Below are positions 50,163-60,580 of a DNA stretch of 64,000 bases, in pieces. The first letter of the stretch is position 1, and the number at the start of each line of letters is the position of its first letter. The notes below the pieces were generated by a model that made no database searches, was not told the origin of the DNA, and saw nothing but the letters and a program-made list of their open reading frames with translations. This DNA is from Nymphaea colorata (taxonomy: Eukaryota), in the NCBI RefSeq assembly GCF_008831285.2, contig NC_045138.2:682001-746000 (forward strand). Reading direction: 5' to 3'. The translations under genes and the position numbers were made by a program.

Positions 50163-52077
50163 GTGCGCTCTTATTGTTACACTTCTGCGCCTAGTGCAAG
50201 CTTGCCTTTCTTTCCTCCTCTCCTCTTATTTCGTTCACGCATTTTGTCGAACAATTAGTAGGTTCCTTGTTTCCTTCCATATTGTGCTTATTTAGTTCTC
50301 CTACCTGTATATAATTCTTTCCGGTTAGTTCTCCTCTTCTACTCTTTATGTTCAAATGCTCATCTTGTCACCCACTTTTTGTCAAGGCCTGTGTTCCAAA
50401 GGTTGACGGTATTCTCGTATTTTGACCGTGCCTCCCTGCTTCCACCTTAACAAACAATGGCATACAAGCTTCTGGTGTTAAATGATGCTAAACTTCAATA
50501 ATGGAAAGGATTTTAGCTGTTCTGATATATAACAGTTGGCCTGTGTTTGGTCGACTGAAGAAAGTCTGTGCCTAGGGGACAGGAGAACAGTCTTTAAAAT
50601 ATATTTGAGGTCTTGTCATTTAGAATCGCTATTACTTTGTGATGCATGTTATGCCACATATTATCCTGAATTTCTAGTGGGTGCTTCACAATAGTCCCTA
50701 CACCGTTCAAAATCGCCTATAGAAATATGTTTCTATTCTGCCTTATTTAGTTTGAACTTGCTTTTGTTCATAGACACGTGATCCATCTTATTTGCCACGT
50801 AGTTTGAGAAAATCTCGTAACTGGTGGTGCACTTATAAGCTATGCTGTTCCGACAAGAAAATCTGCGGTTGTTTCTGGTGGCTGTTTTTTTGGTAGCTTT
50901 CACTTAATTCAGTCTGCGTCTCTGTGATTTGATTCAGAGGTCATATTTGCTTTCTACTTCTACTGAGTGTCAAATTTATCACTTTGGACAAATTATGTTG
51001 GTGAAGCTCCTTTTCTTCTTAGGCATGAACGGTTTTCATTTCATGAATATCACCATTAGTCTGTATTATTTCCAAGATGAAGGATGGTTATTAGTTTCCA
51101 TTAGACATATCATGTATCCATCTACAGCCACGGAAAGCAATAGAGAAGTAAAAGGTTTTGATGGTTGCTTGAGGACAAGTTTATGATTCATCTCTGACTA
51201 GTCACCCTTATCATTGCACTGGAATTCTGCAATGATTTTTCATGCTTGAATGTGGAGAGTTGAGACTTGAAGTCTCACTTGTTTCTCTTTGAAGGTGTGT
51301 TCATTAAAGAGTGATGAGAGCCCCAAAATCACGGCCAAGCCATGCTTGCTGTTGTATCTTTTGTTTTGCCGAAAGATTGCTTTTATATATGCTTTTCATT
51401 TGAAGTATTAATTGGAAATTGATCTCCATTGGCGTGATCTTGCTACCTTGTGCTCCAGTTATTCTCCAAGTCCGCACTTGTCTTCCCTTGTCTAAAGATT
51501 TTGAGATAATATCGGGAGAGAAGTTGGGATCAGGCCACCATTTTGCTGCCCATGTCCGCTGTGGAGGCAGAGCCTATCCACTTCATTCTGCTATCTTTTG
51601 TGAGGTTATTTTGATCTGGACTCTGTATGTGAACACCAGCATGTGATCCGTTCTATGATTGTGCATATACTGAGGCCGCTCCCCCGCTTAGATCCTAGCT
51701 GTAAATAATTGAGCAAGGGAAGAGATAGAGACATGGCATTTGAGGTTCTGGTTTTTTTATTGTACTGCACTCCATGACATTGATTTCTCTTATGTTTAGT
51801 TGGTTTGAATACTTAAGCTGGAATATTCAAGACGCCAAGTCAAACTGAAATGTTTTTATTTTTCTAATGAAACTTACAGTTGAGGTACTTTAGTTTGAAC
51901 TGCACTGTTGTCAGAATTGGGCTGACTCGAACCAGACTTTTTTGTTTCATATAGAGTCCGATTCGAGAGGTACGTGTGGCATAATCTCTTTTAGCATGTT
52001 CTGTTTTCATTTTTTTGTTCTTTTGCTCTTTGCTTATTATTTAAAGCCTAAAGGTATGAAATTTTTGTTTGATGTGA

Positions 52078-52445
52078 ATCAATTCCGAATCTGATTGGAT
52101 TCATCCACTTCTCTGTGGAACGATTCCATGGACTTTAACAACATTAGTGTTGTGAGAATATTTTCCTTTCCCTCTCTGTCTTGATGGCATGTCAGCCTTG
52201 ATCAATTCCGAATCTGATTGGATTCATCCACTTCTCTGCTGAACGATTCCATTCAATTTAACAACATTAGTGTTGTGAGAAAATTTTCCTTTCTCTCTCC
52301 GTCTTGATGGCATATCAGCCTTGATCAATTCCGAATCTGATTGGTCATCCACTTGTCTGCTGAACGATTCCATTCAGTTTAACAACATTAGTGTTGTGAG
52401 AAGATCTTCCTTTCCCTCTCTGTTTTGATGGCTCATCAGCCTTGA
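52078..52445. repeat. 3 x 123-bp tandem array (copy 1)
   Basis: AATTCCGAATCTGATTGG starts at 52081, 52204 and 52327. The units have diverged from one another. Confidence 0.92.
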
Positions 52446-53693
52446 GTTTCTTGTGAAGGCTACTTTGCTGGATATATAACTCGTCAAATCCTCGATTTAT
52501 TTGACTAGAATCTTCAACTTCTTTGACAAATAATCATCAACTTTATTTCTGACTCTACAAATAAGGTGCTGATGGATTATGGTTTGCTGTTAAAAAGTAT
52601 CCAATAATCAGTGTTTGATTGTGTCCAGTGGTGCAATTGGTAAGACAGTGGCACCTAGCTGACCATATATATATATATACATGGCACACACAACAGAGTA
52701 AGATATATATTATGATAATATTTGTCATATATATAGCTCCATTTGACCTCCTTAAACAAAGCAAAAATGCAAGATCTGAAGCAAAATAAGACCTTGATTC
52801 CAAGACAAATTTCAACCAGAGCCAATTAGCTTAAAGGCTCATAGACACAACAAATTCATGCTTGAATGTGGAGAGTTGGGACTTGAAGTCTCACTTGTTT
52901 CTCTTTGAAGGTGTGTTCATTAAAGAGTGATGAGAGCCCCAAAATCACGGCCAAGCCATGCTTGCTGTTGTATCTTTTGTTTTGCCGAAAGATTGCTTTT
53001 ATATATGCTTTTCATTTGAAGTATTAATTGGAAATTGATCTCCATTGGCGTGATCTTGCTACCTTGTGCTCCAGTTATTCTCCAAGTCCGCACTTGTCTT
53101 CCCTTGTCTAAAGATTTTGAGATAATATCGGGAGAGAAGTTGGGATCAGGCCACCATTTTGCTGCCCATGTCCGCTGTGGAGGCAGAGCCTATCCACTTC
53201 ATTCTGCTATCTTTTGTGAGGTTATTTTGATCTGGACTCTGTATGTGAACACCAGCATGTGATCCGTTCTATGATTGTGCATATACTGAGGCCGCTCCCC
53301 CGCTTAGATCCTAGCTGTAAATAATTGAGCAAGGGAAGAGATAGAGACATGGCGTTTGAGGTTCTGGTTTTTTTATTGTACTGCACTCCATGACATTGAT
53401 TTCTCTTATGTTTAGTTGGTTTGAATACTTAAGCTGGAATATTCAAGACGCCAAGTCAAACTGAAATGTTTTTATTTTTCTAATGAAACTTACAGTTGAG
53501 GTACTTTAGTTTGAACTGCACTGTTGTCAGAATTGGGCTGACTCGAACCAGACTTTTTTGTTTCATATAGAGTCCGATTCGAGAGGTACGTGTGGCATAA
53601 TCTCTTTTAGCATGTTCTGTTTTCATTTTTTTGTTCTTTTGCTCTTTGCTTATTATTTAAAGCCTAAAGGTATGAAATTTTTGTTTGATGTGA

Positions 53694-54061
53694 ATCAATT
53701 CCGAATCTGATTGGATTCATCCACTTCTCTGTGGAACGATTCCATGGACTTTAACAACATTAGTGTTGTGAGAATATTTTCCTTTCCCTCTCTGTCTTGA
53801 TGGCATGTCAGCCTTGATCAATTCCGAATCTGATTGGATTCATCCACTTCTCTGCTGAACGATTCCATTCAATTTAACAACATTAGTGTTGTGAGAAAAT
53901 TTTCCTTTCTCTCTCCGTCTTGATGGCATATCAGCCTTGATCAATTCCGAATCTGATTGGTCATCCACTTGTCTGCTGAACGATTCCATTCAGTTTAACA
54001 ACATTAGTGTTGTGAGAAGATCTTCCTTTCCCTCTCTGTTTTGATGGCTCATCAGCCTTGA
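53694..54061. repeat. 3 x 123-bp tandem array (copy 2)
   Basis: The same array shifted by 1616 bp. Confidence 0.92.
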
Positions 54062-54623
54062 GTTTCTTGTGAAGGCTACTTTGCTGGATATATAACTCGT
54101 CAAATCCTCGATTTATTTGACTAGAATCTTCAACTTCTTTGACAAATAATCATCAACTTTATTTCTGACTCTACAAATAAGGTGCTGATGGATTATGGTT
54201 TGCTGTTAAAAAGTATCCAATAATCAGTATTTGATTGTGTCCAGTGGTGCAATTGGTAAGACAGTGGCACCTAGCTGACCATATATATATATATACATGG
54301 CACACACAACAGAGTAAGATATATATTATGATAATATTTGTCATATATATAGCTCCATTTGGCCTCCTTAAACAAAGCAAAAATGCAAGATCTAAAGCAA
54401 AATAAGACCTTGATTCCAAGACAAATTTCAACCAGAGCCAATTAGCTTAAAGGCTCATAGACACAACAAATTCATCGTCCAAAGAAAATCAAATTTCAAG
54501 AAAGCGTCCAAAAAATTAGAAATTCCTAAAGACAGGCCACCCATGGAAGCCTACTTAGCAGTCCATGAATCCAGCAAGGTCACGTGACCTTCCGGCTGCG
54601 GCGCCTGCTGCAAGAAGGGGAAG

Positions 54624-57600
54624 TCACGTGCGTGTTGCCTTGCCACCATTGCTGAGGAGAGAAGAAGGCTCCTTCTTGTTGGTGCTGTTTTCCTCATGCT
54701 TGATGCTTCCCATCTCCATGGCATCTGCATCAGCAGCAGAAGAGTCCATGCCTTTGGCCTTGCTGCTGCTCACTACCTTCTGGTCTTTCTTGTCTTTACC
54801 ACCCCAATCTCTATAGATGGCATACAAGATGAGTTGCAGAGTTCCCAGCCCACACCCAAACCCATTAGGGACCTGCAACCAGAAATCAGAAATCCGACCA
54901 ACACATTAGACCTATTCAATTCTGCAAACACCCGTATCGGATCTGAATCATTTTACACAATGATACAGGTCTAGTATCAGGCCGCATCAGCCTTTTCCAA
55001 TCATCTTAGACATCTCATATCTTAATTGCATTTAGAACAAATTAGAGTGAAATCTAATATAGAACTACTTCAAAATTAAGCTACAAAATGCAAGATATAT
55101 CAAACTGTTTTGTGTGGAGTCTGTCTCAGTTTGACCAAGGAGGCCGATTTATTCTGACACAAACCGATACTGGGCCATAGAGGTTGGATAATAACAGATT
55201 GATTGTCTTAAGAAAAGGAATTTTGTGGGCACCCATTTTAAAGATTGTTCTAGATGATTCTATTCTTCGGACAAATGTCGGTTTTTTTTAAAATATCATT
55301 GTCATCACCGATCCTCATCGTCGTCATCATCATCATCATCATCATCATTATCATCATCCAACCTTATCCCACCTACATTGCACCAACTTTCTTCAATTTG
55401 CATGGATTTCAGGGTAATTTAGAGTCATCTTACACCACCTAGACAGCCAATCATACATGTCACACTAAAAGTCACGGATTTGTTCGCACCATTTGTTGGC
55501 CGCTGGATAAAGACACGTGGATACAGATCGCGAACCAGATGAACAATCCCCAAGTGAGATGTGCGGCCAGGATTGATACAATGATTTCCACCCGCGACGA
55601 CAACTAGTTCTAAACGAAACCAACAATGGCCTAGATCAAGGGACCCAGATGGACCTCTACCACCAGAAACCCTAAGCTCAGTCTGCATAGTCAGGGGCAG
55701 AGGCAAGGGTTTTGAATCTAAGATTTTGAACTTTTAAACTTCACCTCTTAAATTTTTTGAATTTTTTTCTTTGGTACCTCTAAAATTTTTGAAAAACGTA
55801 TTTGCCCCTGACCGTAAATTTCATACAATTTATTTATTCATGTCATTTTCGTGTTCAGCCTTTTTTAAGAAAAATCTTGGCTCTGCCACCACCTACCAAG
55901 GTTTTGAACTTGATTGTGAAGCTAAAGATCAGGTGTGCCACTCAAGCACAGTGGGCTAAAAACAAGCCAAACATTCTCAAACATTATTAAATGCTTTTTA
56001 AGAAAAAAACCTTTGGTGTACGTTGGAATCAATTATTGTTGCCGCATTTTCTGTTCATTTTTATCATTATTCCAAGCAATTTATTGTTTGTGGGCCTTCA
56101 GGTGAAAAGGAAGCTGGAAAAACAATGCTGATTCATGCATGAGATATAAAATACAAGAATCCAATGTTATGAAACAGATAACTTTTTATATTAAAAGTTT
56201 CCAAATGTCAAAAAAGCTTTCTTACTAAGAAAAAGAGCTGGATAGAGTTGAAGGCATGTCATTGCAGACCCAAAACAGACAAAGAACTACCCATTTCCTT
56301 TTGACTTCTATTATTTGTTTGTGGGTGCATGTGTGTGCGTGTGCGTGCATGCACACATTATGTCCAATAAAAATGCCTAAAAATGAAGCATCAGTGTCCG
56401 CGTTTAAGATAAATAGAGAGATAGAGAGAGAAAGTACTCACAGCAATGAAGGGATCGCGACCAAGGAGGCCATAGATGAACCAGGAGGTGCCGCAGAGGA
56501 AAACAAAGAGAGAGAGGAAGAAAGGCATGTACTCCACACTCTTGGTCTTGATCACCAACCTCTAAACATCCAACAAAAAACCAAGCAAAATCAGCTCACT
56601 CAATTAATAATCAAGTCCAACACAAATCAACACAATGGCTAATTAAAGTGAAGAACAGAAGCACAGCCCCCTTTCTCTTGTTCTCCCTATTATCAACTAA
56701 CTCAAAAATTACAACGAGTGGTGACCATACTCATTTATCATATTAGAGATTTACTTCACCTACAAGGTTAGCAATGATTCAAAGGAAAAGGGCATTTTGG
56801 TCATTTGGGTCGCCCATGCAGAGGGGAAAGGGCATTGTGGTCATTTGGGTTGCCCTATAGCAGAGGGAAAAGGGCAGTTTGGTCATTTGGTTTGCCAATG
56901 GCAGAGGGAAGGGTATTTTGGTCTTTTGGGTTGCCCCAAAAAGAGGTAATAATACAAAATAGTTTGCACCATACAACCCACCAAGTGTGAGGTAGGACCC
57001 ATTTTACCAACCAACAGTTCCCTGAAAACAAGGGACATCCATCTAAAATGATATCACAGTAGCTAATAATGTCACCCTTTTTATAACTTTTTATCCAAAA
57101 AATTTCCCTCCGTTTTGTTTCTTTGGTCAGGTCTTTCATAAATATGTCATCCTTTTTCAATTTTCATTCCAGGAGTTCTTTCTTTTCCTGGTTATTTTGG
57201 TTCTTCTCATTATATTTAATGAAAATTAACAAATAAATATCTCCAATTTTTCAACATCAGATTAAAAGCTATTGACACACGCCTCAAAGATGTCAATTGT
57301 TATTTTTACTTTTTTTTTTGAAATATTTACTATTTCACAAAATCATATATACGGATTGTCTAAAATTTTGGTAGATAAAAAAATTCACAGGTCAATGTAA
57401 AAGAGAGAAGGGAATGGTGTTCGTCAATTACCATGATGGAGAGCGGGGAGGCGTACATGCAGATGGAGAAGATGGTGGCGGCGAAGCCGCAGAAGATTTT
57501 CCGGTGCTGGCCGTGCAGCGCCAGCAGGGAGACGAGCACCACCCCGGCGAAGACGGTGAGTATCAGCGCCAGCAGGCCCGCGACCTTCGCCCTCGTCCTG

Positions 57601-58437
57601 CCGTTGATCGCGAAGACCAGGAACAGCACCACGTACACCGCTTCGATCGCCGTCCCCGCGCCGTTGATCGTGCTCACCAACAGGTTGTGCGGCGACACGA
57701 ACGGCAGCCCGTACCACGCCGACAGCAGGCAGTTCAATAGCGTCGCCACGTAAGGCACGCCGGAAAAGTCCTCCGTCGACCTGCTCTTCACTATCCTCTT
57801 GAACGTTAGCCTGCACCCATTCCCCCGCCGAGACACTCCCTTTAATTTTCATTACTCAAAACATACTAATGCAGTCTATGAATCTCAGTATCAGCGTTTC
57901 AAAGAAGGCAAGATAACTCGAAAATCTCAATCTTGGTGTTGCTTTTTTTTTTTTTTTTTCCAATTTTCTTCTGTTTTCCGATCTCCCTTCTTTCTCTCAA
58001 ATAATGAATCAGACCAAGAAAATCTACTTCTGATGAACGAGTTAATCTTTTTAAAGCGTTTTTTTTCTTCTTTAATGCCATGAAACACCCCAAAAGAAAT
58101 TGGTTTCTAAAAAATATTTCTGGTTAATAAGTATTACTTTTTTTTGGAAAAATTATTCGAAATTATGAGCTTTCACTGAATTTTCAGAAACTGTTCCATG
58201 ATATCAAACGCTTCCTAAACACAATCATGGGGAAAGTAATCTGTGATCAAACTCTCTGCCCACCAAGTCTCTTCCCCAATATGCAGATCCTGCCTTGAAT
58301 TTATTATCCAGGTTTAATTTCATTTACCATTTGGGGGTAAATTTATATTATATACGGTTTTAGCTTCTCAAAACAGCACAACAGTTTCGCGGTACATGTG
58401 GGAAGGAGTATCAGAGTAGAAACTAAAAAGGATATAT

Positions 58438-58505
<68 letters not shown>

Positions 58506-59191
58506 AGAGGTTAAAATGCATGTGAGGTGAATAGGGGACAAGCTACTATGAATGATATGCAAAGAAGACAAATATTATTGGGATTCCAAACGAGGGTAGA
58601 ACTGGTTTTGCCGGTAATGTACGTGGCATTATTGGCAGGACATAAACCAATGGGCTGACAGAGAATCAAAGTAAGGATTCTACGCAGTTCGATCGAAACA
58701 TTCGGTTATTAATTAATATAAAGAAACCTTAATAAATCCTTATAATCTGACATGAAACTTCGTTCGTTTTAGCTAAAAGTACAAGAAAGATCCATAAAAG
58801 AACAACAAGAAAGCTACCATCTTCTTCTTGAGCAGAGTCTTTGAAACAAATGACAGTTTTTCATCATCTAAACTATTTCTTAAGAAGATATTAAACCTCC
58901 TAAACGAAGAAAATGAATGAATGACCAGACGATCCATGGAAGCCATGGTAAAGAGTTTAGACAGAGAAAGCCGATGAATCAGAGAAGGGAAGGAAGATGC
59001 TCACGCTGGTGCCAAGAAAAGAAAGAGAGCAGCGGCATTCCCTGTAACCAAGAGCAACAAAGCGACGAAACAATCAGTGACCAACTAAAAGAACTGCAGA
59101 GGCAACGGAAGCATGTTAATGAATCTAAAAAGAGCAAAGAATAAAGAAACGGCTCACCGAAAATCCCAAACACGAAATGCAAGATCTCCAT
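54624..59191 (-). CDS. SWEET1: Bidirectional sugar transporter SWEET1 (clade I MtN3/saliva), 5 coding exons
   Basis: Exons 59191-59158, 59041-59005, 57810-57432, 56561-56442, 54872-54624. Product [66 protein letters not shown]...[59 protein letters not shown]. Confidence 0.95.
55692..55891. mobile_element. Degenerate hAT-type MITE in the last SWEET1 intron
   Basis: Ends CAGGGGCAGAGGCAAG / CTTGGCTCTGCCACCA with an AT-rich interior. Confidence 0.45.
56784..56937. repeat. Minisatellite, 4 units of about 40 bp, in a SWEET1 intron
   Basis: Repeated AAGGGCATTTTGGTCATTTGGGTTGCCC-like unit. Confidence 0.85.
58453..58499. repeat. (GA)n microsatellite in SWEET1 intron 2
   Basis: Direct observation; preceded by a short (TA)n tract. 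Confidence 0.95.
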
Positions 59192-59355
59192 GCCTTGGCC
59201 TCTATCTCAATATGTTCAGTAGAAGAAGAAGAAGAAGAAGAAGAAGGTATTGAAGAAGAAGAAGAAAAGGGTATTGGGTGTTTTAGAGAGAGAGAGAGAG
59301 AGAGAGGGAGGGAGAAAATGAGAGCTAGAGGTGAAAGGAAGTGATGTGCGTAAGG

Positions 59356-59365
59356 TTATATATAG
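59356..59365 (-). promoter_or_regulatory. Probable TATA box of SWEET1
   Basis: Minus-strand CTATATATAA about 170 nt upstream of the ATG, followed by a CT/CTT-rich leader (59221-59330). Confidence 0.6.
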
Positions 59366-60543
59366 ACAACAGAGTGGAGGGAATCCTGACGGGGAAATTT
59401 GCTTCGTCCTTATCTGTTACTTGCAGTGTTCGAGTAAAAGGTCGCCTACAGACAAAAGATCGACGTCCTCTCTCTCTCTCTCCGTAAATCTTTCAGCTAT
59501 TTACCAGTTTTCTATACGTAAATTTTTCTACCCTTACCTTTTACCTCATGAATTGTTCTTTTCCATCTTCTTAATAAACGTGCTACATTTGCTTAACGAT
59601 GCATTATTTTCACATGCCGTGCAACCATGGCACTCGATCGTCTTGTCCGTGTTGTCCCTCTCCTTCTCTCTCTTAAGGAGAGGGACAACACGGACAAGAC
59701 GATCGAGTGTTCTATATATATATATATATAAACTAATATACATACACACACTTGAATTGTTTAATTCTTCATGATGCACGATTTTCAGTAGGTCCGGACA
59801 GTCAGAGTTTTTTTTTTCATTAAATACTAAATACATAGTTAACAAAATCTGAATTGACTTTAAGGTAATTATTCAGGTTTTATATGACTACCCCATATGA
59901 CTGAACCCAGTCCAATGAAAATTACTTAAGGTTTAGATTGGGTTCATACACCATACAATGACCCTATGTATCTTCGTGAGCCTGAATCCAATTACATATA
60001 GTTCCAGTAGGTCATCAGATTCGAATTCAGCAACTAAAGAATTTGACTTCAGTCCAGAACTGTTCTCATTCTTACTCGTGCTGACACCAGGGAGATGTGC
60101 CCATTGCTGCCAATATTAGCATGAGACCTATGGATCCATATCGACATGTCCCCATTATACATAATATCAGCATTAACATTAACAGAAAGAAATGAGAAGA
60201 GGTTGAAATGACTCCTCCAACCCCAGCTCCTTATATCGACTATATATTCATAAAATAATATACAAATTTTCCTTGATACCAATATCTACAAATTTTCCTT
60301 GATAAAAAATACGAGTACTCTGACAACCAAATATAGTTGCGCCTTATAAGTTGAAGAGATGTCCCTTCATTTGATCGATGTCAGTGCTCTTGCTAGGACT
60401 GACGATATGTAAATGTCTCACCTCTAGCTAATAGGGGCACTTGCTAAGGCTACTTTTGTTTATTGCGGAAGCTTAGGTGATGGAGCAACATTGTAGCTGG
60501 TGTGGGCAATTGCCCACACCAGCCCTATATATATCTATATATA

Positions 60544-60580
<37 letters not shown>

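Larger units (their letters stand above)
51239..54475. repeat. Near-identical direct tandem duplication, period 1616 bp
   Basis: Identical ORFs at 51419/53035 and near-identical ORFs at 52555/54171, offset 1616. TTCAT occurs at 51239-43, 52855-59 and 54471-75. Five substitutions were spotted by eye. Confidence 0.97.

Noticed and set aside
50481..50525. C/D snoRNA-like TGATG...CTGA
   Set aside because: Imperfect C box, too short, no terminal stem, and no recognisable rRNA guide.
52078..54061. 123-bp arrays as a CRISPR-like locus
   Set aside because: Eukaryotic context; whole units repeat, with no unique spacers and no cas genes.
57414..57852. Several long alternative ORFs overlapping the SWEET1 central exon
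   Set aside because: Expected from the high GC content and shadow frames of a real exon; no independent homology recognised.
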